Source of the DNA: Flavobacteriaceae bacterium
GTDB taxonomy: Bacteria; Bacteroidota; Bacteroidia; Flavobacteriales; Flavobacteriaceae
NCBI GenBank assembly: GCA_009886755.1
Contig: QXYU01000038.1
Span: 88,000 to 151,999, forward strand
Direction of reading: 5' to 3'
DNA: 64,000 bases
Below, piece after piece: positions 36,788 to 46,513 of the stretch. Position 1 is the stretch's first letter; every line of letters starts with the position of its first letter. The notes beneath the pieces are model-generated. The model did no database searches, was not told the origin of the DNA, and saw only the letters and a program-made list of their open reading frames with translations. Made by a program: the position numbers and the translations under genes.

Positions 36788-37549
36788 TTACAGCCGCATT
36801 ATCATCCGACGACCTGCCCAAAGGGAAGCAATCAGAAGCAGCCCAATACAGATTCCAGCGGTGTTAACAACCGAAGGATATGCACGATGAAATGCGTTGG
36901 GGTGAATATGTTTTAGGTATATGCCGGCATAGGCCCAAACAAGAACCAGCCCATAAGCAATCTGATTCAAGCGAAGGAGCTGACGCATACCAATCAAAAG
37001 TCCAATGAAAAGAATAATGACCGTCCAGTTTGTCGGACTGATACCCAATCCACCCCACTCATAAGCCACAAGGACGGCTGTGGTATTGGCAATTGTAGCG
37101 ACGGTGATCCAGCCAAAATAAACCGTAAAAGGAAGCTGCCATCGCAGGCGTTCCAAAAAGGGTTTGATGTCATTAGTAACTTGTGTGATCACGATGAGAG
37201 TACTGAGAATTCCAAGCATGATCAGCAGTGAAAGCCCCCATGATTCGTAGTGCCATGCCAAAATCCAACTGCTATTAAGCAGGGTGTTGACAATAAACAG
37301 TTTTCGAATTCGATTTTTTTGGGGGTCCGTGGCTCCCATCAAATTGGCAATAGCAAAAATTAGCAAGAGGAGATAAATCAGTCCCCAAATGGAAAAAGTA
37401 GTACCTTGAGGTGTAAACAAATTCTCCAGTTGATCGGAGAGTTGCCCTGTGGTTCGATTGTTGATCGGCAAAATATTGGCCAACGCGTTCATGGCGATCA
37501 TTTGAACGTAGGCAAAAAGAACCCCTATTTTCAGAATATTTTTTTCCAT
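36788..37549 (-). CDS. TspO/MBR-related tryptophan-rich membrane protein (extended form)
   Basis: The track ORF runs to 37939, but its first 130 aa overlap the divergent S9 peptidase gene and promoter region. The ATG at 37549 gives MEKNILKIGVLFAYVQMIAMNALANILPINNRTTGQLSD...FTPQGTTFSIWGLIY, a polytopic Trp-rich protein. The family call is from memory. Confidence 0.6.
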   Translation of the reverse strand: MEKNILKIGVLFAYVQMIAMNALANILPINNRTTGQLSDQLENLFTPQGTTFSIWGLIYLLLLIFAIANLMGATDPQKNRIRKLFIVNTLLNSSWILAWHYESWGLSLLIMLGILSTLIVITQVTNDIKPFLERLRWQLPFTVYFGWITVATIANTTAVLVAYEWGGLGISPTNWTVIILFIGLLIGMRQLLRLNQIAYGLVLVWAYAGIYLKHIHPNAFHRAYPSVVNTAGICIGLLLIASLWAGRRMIMRL

Positions 37550-37692
37550 TGGGTAAGTGGTCACTACTAATTTAGTTACAATAAGAAAGATAAATAAAAC
37601 GCTTGATTTTAAGGGTTTAAAAAGCGGTTCCTTTTTAAAATAGAAGAGGAATCGGCTGCAGTTTTGTATTTTCATGAATAAAAAAAAACACC

Positions 37693-40149
37693 ATGAGCAA
37701 AAAAATCGTTGTTCTACTTTTAGTCGTTTTGGCATTTTCAAAGCTGACGGGACAGGAAGAATTGGGCTATCAGGTTCCCAAAAAAGAATTGCTGGATCTG
37801 GTAGATGTGGATTTAGCACCAGCGGTACTGACAAATTCTGACAATACACTTTTGGTATTGCTCTCGCGATCAACCTACAAAAGTATTGCAACGCTTTCCC
37901 GTAAAGAACTTCGGATTGCTGGACTGCGGGTAGATCCACAGCGGTTTATTGGAAGCCGCACCACCTATTATAACAAAGTGGAATTGATCGATCGTTCCAA
38001 AGGTCAATCCAAACAGGTCGTAACTGGATTGCCCGAAAACCCCCTATTGACCAATTTTCGCTGGTCACCCGATGAAAAAAAAATAGCCATGACCCACACC
38101 ACAACCCAAGGCGTGGAACTTTGGGTGCTGGATGTGACCCAGGGCAAGGCCCAACGACTCCTTTCCGATCCCTTAAACGCAACCATGCGAACTAGCGTTA
38201 CGTGGTTAAAAAACAGCAAAGAACTATTAGTCAAGTTTATTCCCAAGGATCGCAAACCGCTCATCGATCAAACAGCGATTGTTCCTACAGGACCCAAAAT
38301 CACCGAAAACAATGGTGAAAAAGCACAAAACAGAACCTATCAGGATTTGATTAAAAACCCTACTGATGCAAAGAATTTCACCCAATTAAGCCGTTCGGAA
38401 ATCCGGATCGTAAATCTCAATGGTACGCAGCGACCTTTCTTAGAAGCGCGCATGTATCGTTCTGTTCAGGTGTCACCTAATGGGGATTATGTATTGGTTG
38501 ATTTTGTAAAACCTCCTTTTTCTTATTTGGTGCCCTATTATCGATTTCCTCGCGAAACACGGGTGTATGATTTGAATGCACAACAGGTTGAGACGATTTC
38601 GGATTCCCCTTTACAGGAAGTATTGCCCAAAGGATTTATGGCGGTAGCCAAAGGAAAGCGGAATATCAGTTGGCGTAAAGACGAGCCGGCAACACTCTAT
38701 TATGTGGAGGCCTTGGACGGAGGAGATCCCGAAATTGAAGTGCCCTATCGGGATGCAATTTTCCAATGGAAAGCTCCTTTTGATGCTCCACCGCAAAAAC
38801 TCACACAAATAAAAAACCGGTATGCGGGGGTCGTTTGGGGCAACGCCTCCACCGCGATCATCTACGACCGTTGGTGGAAAAACCGAAATTCCAAAACCTA
38901 TGTGTTTGATCCCAGCAAAAACAATAGCACTGCACGAATTCTAAACGATCGCAATTACCAAGATCGTTATAGTGATCCAGGAGATTTTGTGACCAAAAAA
39001 GGAAAGCTTGGTGAGACAGTCTTGGCCTTGCAAGGGAAAAAAGCTTTTCTCTTGGGGGAGGGCTTTTCAGAAAAAGGACAGTTCCCTTTTTTGGATCAAA
39101 TTGACTTGTCCAGCTTGCAAAAAAACCGCATATATGAGTCGGCCTACACCGATAAATATGAACAACTCTATGACTACAATCCAAAAACCAAAAGTCTAAG
39201 AGTGCGGATTGAATCCAAAAGTGAATATCCCAATTATTTTATTCGTTCACTAGGAAAAAAGAAAAGACTTGAACAACTGACATTCTTTGCAAATCCTTTT
39301 AAAAAACTTGAAAACGTTGGTAAAGAACTGATCAGCTACAAACGAGAGGATGGCTTGGAACTCAGTGGTGTTCTGTATACACCCGAAGGTTTTGACAAGG
39401 AAAATCCAAATCCCCATCCAATGATTCTATGGGCCTATCCACGGGAGTTTAAAGATAAAAGCAGTGCCGCCCAAAAGACCAACAATCCCAACCGATTTTT
39501 ATACCCTTTTTGGGGATCTCCTATTTATTGGGTTACGCAGGGTTATGTAGTACTAGACCGTGCGGCTTTTCCCATTGTGGGAGAAGGCGATGAAGAACCC
39601 AATGACAGTTTTCGTACCCAGTTGGTAGCCAACGCCGCTGCTGCCATCAAAGCAGTGGTCGATAAAGGCTATGCAGACCCCGATAGAGTAGCGGTGGGAG
39701 GACACAGCTACGGAGCTTTTATGGTGGCTAATTTGCTAAGTCATTCCAACTTGTTTGCCGCAGGAATTGCGCGGAGTGGAGCCTACAACAGAACCCTTAC
39801 TCCCTTTGGCTTTCAAAGCGAATCCCGATCGTATTGGGAAGCACCAGAAGTATATTACAGCATGTCCCCTTTTATGCATGCCGATAAGATGAAAACACCC
39901 CTGTTGCTTGTCCACGGAGAAGCGGATAATAATTCGGGAACCTATCCACTTCAAAGTGAACGCTACTACAATGCCTTAAAAGGACTCGGTGCTACCACTC
40001 GCTTGGTGATGTTTCCCAAAGAAAGTCATGGCTACCGTGCCAAAGAATCCATCTTACACCTTATTTGGGAGCAAGATCAATGGTTGGAAAAACACGTCAA
40101 AAATAAACAGACATCCCTGAAAAAAATTAACACCAAACCCAAAGGCTAG
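37693..40149 (+). CDS. S9-family serine peptidase (prolyl oligopeptidase / DPP-like) with N-terminal propeller
   Basis: 818 aa with a signal peptide. Catalytic triad context: GGHSYGAFM (Ser), LLLVHGEADNNSG (Asp), PKESHGY (His). Confidence 0.9.
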   Translation: MSKKIVVLLLVVLAFSKLTGQEELGYQVPKKELLDLVDVDLAPAVLTNSDNTLLVLLSRSTYKSIATLSRKELRIAGLRVDPQRFIGSRTTYYNKVELIDRSKGQSKQVVTGLPENPLLTNFRWSPDEKKIAMTHTTTQGVELWVLDVTQGKAQRLLSDPLNATMRTSVTWLKNSKELLVKFIPKDRKPLIDQTAIVPTGPKITENNGEKAQNRTYQDLIKNPTDAKNFTQLSRSEIRIVNLNGTQRPFLEARMYRSVQVSPNGDYVLVDFVKPPFSYLVPYYRFPRETRVYDLNAQQVETISDSPLQEVLPKGFMAVAKGKRNISWRKDEPATLYYVEALDGGDPEIEVPYRDAIFQWKAPFDAPPQKLTQIKNRYAGVVWGNASTAIIYDRWWKNRNSKTYVFDPSKNNSTARILNDRNYQDRYSDPGDFVTKKGKLGETVLALQGKKAFLLGEGFSEKGQFPFLDQIDLSSLQKNRIYESAYTDKYEQLYDYNPKTKSLRVRIESKSEYPNYFIRSLGKKKRLEQLTFFANPFKKLENVGKELISYKREDGLELSGVLYTPEGFDKENPNPHPMILWAYPREFKDKSSAAQKTNNPNRFLYPFWGSPIYWVTQGYVVLDRAAFPIVGEGDEEPNDSFRTQLVANAAAAIKAVVDKGYADPDRVAVGGHSYGAFMVANLLSHSNLFAAGIARSGAYNRTLTPFGFQSESRSYWEAPEVYYSMSPFMHADKMKTPLLLVHGEADNNSGTYPLQSERYYNALKGLGATTRLVMFPKESHGYRAKESILHLIWEQDQWLEKHVKNKQTSLKKINTKPKG

Positions 40150-40176
40150 GAGTTTTCTCAAGGTGCAGAATAGGTT

Positions 40177-41100
40177 CTAGTTGGATAGAAAATCAAGGGT
40201 GATGGCAAGGCTTTTGGCGGGCTTTTCTTCCATGGGAAGATGCCCGGTTTCTTTCATGACCACCACGGTGCTCGTTGCGATTTTTTCTTCAAAACGATAA
40301 GCATTTTTGAGGGGTATCCATGCGTCCTCTGCACCCCAAAGGATGAGTGTAGGATTCGTGATGAGCCCAAGACGATCGGTGTAGTCTTCTCGTTCTATTT
40401 TTGCCCGATCGATAAATGCAGTTCGATTTCCCGGTGCTAAGGTGAGTTCATAGTACCGATCGAGGATTTGTGTGCTTATCAAATCGGGATTGTAATACAC
40501 TTCCTTTAGGTTTTTCTTGATAAAAGCCTTGGGTGTCACATAGCGGATCAGCATATTGATCCCTGGGGTTTTGGCCAGCGAAATCACCATCGGACTTTTT
40601 TTAGAAGGGAACCCACTAGGGTCTATTAATATGAGCTTTTGTACTTTGTCGGGATGATAAGAGGCATACAACCATGATACCAGTCCGCCCAGGGAATTGC
40701 CTGCCAAATGAAATTGGTTGACGTTCAGTTCTTTCAGAAAGGCATCAATCAGATCAACATAGTCTTTGGATGAATAGCGTTTTTTCGGGTCTTTTCCTGT
40801 TAAACCATAGGCGGGTAGATCGAGCCGAATCACCCGATGGGTTTGAGACAATTCCTGAGCCCAAGCATTCCAAGTATGCAAAGAAGCCCCTGTTCCATGA
40901 ACCAACACAATGGCATCTCCTGTGCCTTCGTCTCGGTAATGAATGCGCAACTCGTTGAGTGCCATAAACTTTGACGGAGCAGCGGCATATTTATTTTTTA
41001 GAAAATCCAAAGGCAGATCGGGGGTGACACTAAGGTAGCCCACTACAAGGAGAATGATCGCGATTAACAGTCTTTTTCGGTTTAAAATTTTAGAAATCAT
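40177..41100 (-). CDS. alpha/beta-fold hydrolase, membrane-anchored or secreted
   Basis: 307 aa with an N-terminal hydrophobic anchor, oxyanion region VLVHGTGASLHTW, nucleophile elbow LAGNSLGG and C-terminal GHLPMEE. Confidence 0.85.
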   Translation of the reverse strand: MISKILNRKRLLIAIILLVVGYLSVTPDLPLDFLKNKYAAAPSKFMALNELRIHYRDEGTGDAIVLVHGTGASLHTWNAWAQELSQTHRVIRLDLPAYGLTGKDPKKRYSSKDYVDLIDAFLKELNVNQFHLAGNSLGGLVSWLYASYHPDKVQKLILIDPSGFPSKKSPMVISLAKTPGINMLIRYVTPKAFIKKNLKEVYYNPDLISTQILDRYYELTLAPGNRTAFIDRAKIEREDYTDRLGLITNPTLILWGAEDAWIPLKNAYRFEEKIATSTVVVMKETGHLPMEEKPAKSLAITLDFLSN

Positions 41101-41277
41101 CAGGCTACTTTTTGAATGTGTTTGGCTTTTCGAATTTGTGTTTTGATGGCAATTATTCCCGAAGGTCTAGCCCCAATGACACATACTTTTTTTTCGTTTT
41201 TTCTGATATAGTCATATAATGCTATGTAAAATAGCAAAATTTACGTTTGTCCCACAATGGTCAAGCTTACAGGTGCC

Positions 41278-43665
41278 TTATTTCAAGGGTTTTAATCGGC
41301 TGATATGATCGGTTGCATTTTTGATTTTTTCTTTTGAAAAATACAAGGGGAAATAGCGATCTGCGGCCCAATCTTCAAAAAGATTATTGTAATAGGGGCT
41401 TTCTGGATCGCCAGACTGTCCCGGTGCGTTGGTTCCCACAGCACTATCCCAATCCCCAGTATTAACAATCATCCTAAAACTGGCGCCACTGCTTTGATTG
41501 AGATTATTACCGGTCGAATTGGGGGTATAACCATTTCCGCCTCTGGGTAGGGGCCCTACATTCAGTTTTTTTACAATGGCTTCTGTTGCAAGACCGCCCA
41601 GTGCATGGGTTATTTTACTGTGTTTGAAATCGAATTGGCCATAGGCCCATTGGGAGGGATCGTTGCCCAATTGTTTGTTGAGGTTGATCATTGCGTTTTC
41701 AAAGCATTGGTGCAAAAAGGCATCACGATTTTCTTCATTTTGAAATTTCTTTTCTGGGGTTTCGATCCAATCGATAATGCGCTTGAGCTGAAGACTAATA
41801 GTAGCCCTTGATTTTGGCACAAACCGGGCATTGGCTTCTTTGATAATTTCATTTTCCCATGCTACATAAAGGCTGGCTTCTACAGCATTGGGATCCAATC
41901 GAAAATCCCATTTCATCAAGCGATCCCGTAGGGCTGATTCTTTTGCTTCAAAGCGAAGCCTTTTCAAATAGGGAACCAAAATTCGAGCAGGAAGGGAAGT
42001 AACATCGGTTTGCAATGCCATCATATCTTCCATGGTAAAGTCATCACGGGATTGGAGAATTTCTTCGATCCTTTGTCCTCGGTAGGGATCAGACCAAGAG
42101 TAGCCAATGGCGTCCCAGCGGGTATAGTCAGAGCTGGTAACATTTTGATTGGCGGTGGCAATAAATCCTTCGTCTGGATTGACGCTATGGGGTTTTTCCA
42201 AAATGGGTAAATAGCCATCCCATTCATAGGAGCCGTCTCCTGGCACAGGGACAAGGCCACTAAAGTTTTTTCGAATGGGGGCAATGCCCACTGCTTGCCA
42301 GCCGATAGTTCCGGATTGATCGGCCCAGATCATGTTTTCGCCTGGGATATGACTGTAGGTACAGGCCGCACGAAAGGACTCCCAGTCTGTTGCTTGATCC
42401 ATTCGTAAAGACGCTAAATAGGGTGCGCCACCAGGTTCGAGCCAAGCGCATCGCACAGCATAAGCAATTCCTTGGGCTTTGTTGAGATAGGTCACAGGAC
42501 CATGGTGGCTATAATAAAGTGTTACTTCTTGATCGGCCTGCCCTTTGACAGCGATTGTTTCCGTGACCACTTTAAAATTTTTCCAAGCGTTATTGTGTTT
42601 GTACTGTAATGGATTTTTGGGATTCAATTCGTATTGTAGCAAGTCTTCTCCATCGGTTCGGAAAACGGTCAATCCCCATGCTCCATATTGATTATGACCG
42701 ATAGAAATCCCCGGAATTTCAGGTTCTCCACCGCCAATAACATTCCAACCGGGTGCCACCAAATGCACCATATAGCGTAGAGAGGGTACGGCAATTCGCC
42801 GATGGGGATCGTTGGCCATATAGGTATTTTCGTTCTTACTTTTTGTCTTGGCAAGGACCCAGTTATTGCTGCCCAGGACTAAAGAATCTTTGCTAAGGTC
42901 ATTATACACATTCAGATCAGCCACGGCATCTTTAGTTCTGAATTCTTCCAGCAAATGCTCAGCTCGAAAAACGACAGGCCTCCGAAAGGCATTATAGGGA
43001 GCGAGAATATCTTCAAACAAAAGCGTTTGATCTATTTTGGGATCCAATTCCAGTAGGGGATCTTTGGGATGGAACCAAAGAAGTTCCTTTACGTTCGCTA
43101 CGCCCCATTCGGAAACGGCTCTTCCGATTTCCAATTCTTGACCAATATTACCCAATAAGCCTTGATGTCGAGAAATAACCACTTCAGGGGTCCATTTTTG
43201 GGGACGAATACCCAGCATTTTAAACGGAAGCGGGAGGGCCTCGGGTTTTTGGAGTACTTCTTCAATATAGCGATTGACCCCAGCAATATAGGCTTCGATA
43301 ATTTCTTGCCCGTCGGGATGGTAATAATTCATCTCTTCGGTCATATCTCCTCGAAATTTAAAAAGCCGAGTGCCAATATCTCTTTTCAGTTCTGAAGGGC
43401 CCAAGAGCTCTGCTACTGTTCCCGTGGCTTGACGACGCCAAATTTCAAATTGAAACAAACGATCCTGGGCTGCGGCATAGCCCTGGGAGAAAAATAAATC
43501 GTGCTGATTTTTGGCATAAATATGATTCACTCCCCATTGATCTCGATAGATATCAACAGAATCGAGTAAGCCTTCTAAGGCTTTTTCTTCCGTAATAGTC
43601 TCAGGAGGGGTTGGTGAACAAGCCACACAGATCAGTAATAGAATGAGCGCCTTTTGTTTTTTCAT
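41278..43665 (-). CDS. penicillin acylase family Ntn-hydrolase (possible acyl-homoserine-lactone acylase), lipoprotein
   Basis: 795 aa with lipobox LLICVACSP. The autoprocessing / N-terminal nucleophile context is LGSNNWVL, followed by MANDPHR. Confidence 0.88.
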   Translation of the reverse strand: MKKQKALILLLICVACSPTPPETITEEKALEGLLDSVDIYRDQWGVNHIYAKNQHDLFFSQGYAAAQDRLFQFEIWRRQATGTVAELLGPSELKRDIGTRLFKFRGDMTEEMNYYHPDGQEIIEAYIAGVNRYIEEVLQKPEALPLPFKMLGIRPQKWTPEVVISRHQGLLGNIGQELEIGRAVSEWGVANVKELLWFHPKDPLLELDPKIDQTLLFEDILAPYNAFRRPVVFRAEHLLEEFRTKDAVADLNVYNDLSKDSLVLGSNNWVLAKTKSKNENTYMANDPHRRIAVPSLRYMVHLVAPGWNVIGGGEPEIPGISIGHNQYGAWGLTVFRTDGEDLLQYELNPKNPLQYKHNNAWKNFKVVTETIAVKGQADQEVTLYYSHHGPVTYLNKAQGIAYAVRCAWLEPGGAPYLASLRMDQATDWESFRAACTYSHIPGENMIWADQSGTIGWQAVGIAPIRKNFSGLVPVPGDGSYEWDGYLPILEKPHSVNPDEGFIATANQNVTSSDYTRWDAIGYSWSDPYRGQRIEEILQSRDDFTMEDMMALQTDVTSLPARILVPYLKRLRFEAKESALRDRLMKWDFRLDPNAVEASLYVAWENEIIKEANARFVPKSRATISLQLKRIIDWIETPEKKFQNEENRDAFLHQCFENAMINLNKQLGNDPSQWAYGQFDFKHSKITHALGGLATEAIVKKLNVGPLPRGGNGYTPNSTGNNLNQSSGASFRMIVNTGDWDSAVGTNAPGQSGDPESPYYNNLFEDWAADRYFPLYFSKEKIKNATDHISRLKPLK

Positions 43666-43886
43666 GGTAAAAAGGATATGATTTTCTCTTAAAAATACGA
43701 ATTCATGGCTTTTAATCTCGCAGCTTTTCTTTTTGTCTTAATACCGGTCTTTTCAAGATTGAGAAAAAGTTTTGACAACTGAAAACAGAAAAAACGAATA
43801 TTGTTCGGTAAGAGAAAAAGTTTTTCTACCTTAATTTTTTAAGAAAAAGCCGCTATTGGCATAAAGAAAAAGCCATATTAATATAG

Positions 43887-44924
43887 ATGAAAACAGACAG
43901 CGAATTGGTCTTAGTAACAGGAGGGCTTGGATATATTGGCTCTCATACGTCGGTTCTCCTTTTGGAAAAAGGACATGAAGTTTTGATAGTGGATGATCTT
44001 TCCAATAGTAGCCCAGAAGTGTTGGATGCTATTGCAAAGATCACGGGGAAAACCCCCTTTTTTGAAACCGTTGATTTGAAAAATCAAGTAGGAGTCACAC
44101 AATTATTTGACGACTATCCAAACATAAAAGGAATTCTTCATTTCGCAGCTTCCAAAGCGGTGGGTGAAAGCGTTCAGAAACCCATTGAATACTATCAAAA
44201 CAACATCAATAGTCTTTTAAATGTCATGGCTGCAATAAAGACCAAAACAAACCTTGTCTTTAGTTCCTCTTGCACGGTTTATGGTCAAGCGGATCAACTG
44301 CCTATTGCCGAAGATTGTCCAACAAAGCGTCCAGAATCTCCCTATGGGAACACGAAGAAAATAGGGGAGGAACTATTGGAAGACGCAACGAAAGTACATT
44401 CGAGTCTAAATGTGATGAGTCTTCGTTATTTCAATCCTGTCGGGGCCCATCCTTCAGCCCTTATAGGAGAAAATCCCAAAGACATTCCTCAAAATTTAGT
44501 ACCTTATATTACGCAGTCAGCACTAGGCAAAATTGCTCCCTTAACGGTTTATGGGAATGATTATCCTACCCCTGATGGGACTTGTATTCGCGACTATATC
44601 CACGTTATGGATTTGGCGAATGCGCATATTTTGGCCTTGGAATATTTGGAACAAAATAAATCTGCCGCTCATCTAGAAATTGTCAATTTAGGTACGGGAA
44701 CGGGACATTCTGTTATGGAAGTAATAGAGAGTTTTAAGCGGGTTTCAAAACAGAATTTCCAGTATAGCATTGGCCCGAAACGAGAGGGTGACATCACAGC
44801 CGCCTATGCCAGTATTGAAAAAGCCAAAAACCTCCTGAAATGGGAACCTCAACATACTCTTGATGACGCCTTGGCCTCTGCTTGGAAATGGGAGCAAAAA
44901 AACCATAAAGACAACCAAAATTAG
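43887..44924 (+). CDS. galE: UDP-glucose 4-epimerase
   Basis: 345 aa with NAD motif VTGGLGYIGSH and the catalytic YxxxK as YGNTK, plus the SDR extended pattern FSSSCTVYG. Confidence 0.92.
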   Translation: MKTDSELVLVTGGLGYIGSHTSVLLLEKGHEVLIVDDLSNSSPEVLDAIAKITGKTPFFETVDLKNQVGVTQLFDDYPNIKGILHFAASKAVGESVQKPIEYYQNNINSLLNVMAAIKTKTNLVFSSSCTVYGQADQLPIAEDCPTKRPESPYGNTKKIGEELLEDATKVHSSLNVMSLRYFNPVGAHPSALIGENPKDIPQNLVPYITQSALGKIAPLTVYGNDYPTPDGTCIRDYIHVMDLANAHILALEYLEQNKSAAHLEIVNLGTGTGHSVMEVIESFKRVSKQNFQYSIGPKREGDITAAYASIEKAKNLLKWEPQHTLDDALASAWKWEQKNHKDNQN

Positions 44925-45040
44925 AGGGGTAAAAGCCGTACTTTAAAAGCAACAAATGAAACGAGCAGAACAAAAAATGGACACACAGTGGAATTACGAC
45001 AAGCAAGTTTTCACCTCCAGTAAAAATAAAATTTAGACAG

Positions 45041-46507
45041 ATGAAATATATTTTATCCCTGGATGCTGGAACCACAAGCTCTCGCGCCATTTTATTTGAT
45101 CGAAAGGGGAAACAACAATCCATTTCACAATACGAATTTGAACAGTATTTTCCCAAGGAGAGTTGGGTAGAACACGATGCGGTTGAAATTTGGAACACGC
45201 AACTAAAAGCAATTCGTGAGGTGCTTTCCCAACCTGGAATTGACCCAGCTGCTATTGCGGCTCTAGGAATTACCAACCAGCGAGAGACAACTATTCTTTG
45301 GGATCGGACCACGGGTGTTCCAGTTCATAAAGCGATTGTTTGGCAAGACCGCCGAACAGCAGCGATTTGTGAATCTTTGGTCTCTCATCAACAAACTTTT
45401 TTGGACAAAACCGGCTTGGTACTCGACGCCTATTTTTCTGGAACCAAGATCAAATGGATTCTCGACAGCGATCCTATATTGCGGCAACGTGCCGAGGCGG
45501 GAGAACTCGCCTTTGGAACAGTCGATTCTTGGTTGATCTGGAATTTGACGGAAGGACAGACACATGTTACGGATGTGACCAACGCAAGCAGAACCTTATT
45601 TTTTAATATTCATCGTTTGGAATGGGACTCGGAGTTGTTGGCTTTACTCGATGTACCAAGCGCTTTGCTCCCTAAAGTCGTTAGTAGTTCCGAAATGGTG
45701 GGGAAAACAGCCAAAGCTGTATTGGGGCACGAAATCCCAATCAGTGGGATTGCTGGAGATCAACAAGCGGCTCTATTCGGGCAATTGTGCCTTGCTCCTG
45801 GAGATGTCAAAAACACCTATGGTACGGGTTGTTTTTGTATTATGAACACGGGTGAGAAAGCGGTTGTTTCAAAGAACAAAATGCTAACCACCATTGCTTG
45901 GCAGTACAATGGCAAAGTAGCCTATGCCCTAGAGGGCAGTGTTTTTGTGGCGGGTGCTTTGGTGCAATGGTTACGTGATCAGCTTCAAATGATCCCTTCT
46001 GCAGATGCCATTGAAGCATTGGCTGAATCGGTCGATGATAATGGAGGCGTTACCGTTATTCCCGCCTTATCCGGTTTGGGAGCTCCTTATTGGGAACCGC
46101 AAGCGACAGGTGCTATCATGGGAATTACCCGTGGGACAAAAAAAGGACACATAGCACGCGCAGCGCTAGAAGCAATCGCTTTACGAACGCGGGATATTGT
46201 TATTGAAATGCAGAAGGATGCTGGAGTCTATTTTGATTCCCTCAAAGTAGATGGAGGGGCGAGCAACAATAATCTTTTGATGCAAATTCAGTCCGACGTA
46301 TTGGAAAAACACGTAGTGCGACCTCAGACAACAGAAACCACCGCTCTTGGGGCAGCCTTTTTTGCAGGACTTGCTGTTGGGTTTTGGAAAAACGAACAGG
46401 AATTACAGGAGATATGGGTTTCAGACCGTGTTTTTGAACCCACCGAAAACCCATTGAACCACAAAACAATTTCTCTTTGGGAAAGACGAATCCAAAACAG
46501 CTTGTAA
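45041..46507 (+). CDS. glpK: glycerol kinase
   Basis: 488 aa with FGGY-kinase motifs ILSLDAGTTSSRAILFD, GITNQRETT, GDQQAALFGQ and DGGASNNNLLMQIQSD. Confidence 0.95.
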   Translation: MKYILSLDAGTTSSRAILFDRKGKQQSISQYEFEQYFPKESWVEHDAVEIWNTQLKAIREVLSQPGIDPAAIAALGITNQRETTILWDRTTGVPVHKAIVWQDRRTAAICESLVSHQQTFLDKTGLVLDAYFSGTKIKWILDSDPILRQRAEAGELAFGTVDSWLIWNLTEGQTHVTDVTNASRTLFFNIHRLEWDSELLALLDVPSALLPKVVSSSEMVGKTAKAVLGHEIPISGIAGDQQAALFGQLCLAPGDVKNTYGTGCFCIMNTGEKAVVSKNKMLTTIAWQYNGKVAYALEGSVFVAGALVQWLRDQLQMIPSADAIEALAESVDDNGGVTVIPALSGLGAPYWEPQATGAIMGITRGTKKGHIARAALEAIALRTRDIVIEMQKDAGVYFDSLKVDGGASNNNLLMQIQSDVLEKHVVRPQTTETTALGAAFFAGLAVGFWKNEQELQEIWVSDRVFEPTENPLNHKTISLWERRIQNSL

Positions 46508-46513
46508 GAGTTC

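Noticed and set aside
36788-37939. A 383-aa minus-strand ORF that would give the TspO-like protein a 130-aa N-terminal extension.
   Set aside because: The extension overlaps the start and promoter region of the divergent S9 peptidase gene (37693). It has no membrane or signal features. The ATG at 37549 begins exactly where the conserved polytopic protein starts, so I shortened the call to 36788-37549.
44794-45312. A 172-aa minus-strand ORF spanning the galE-glpK junction.
   Set aside because: It is antisense to the well-supported galE 3-prime end and glpK 5-prime end. Its composition is Cys/Ser/Phe-rich and no motif is recognisable, so it is a typical shadow ORF.
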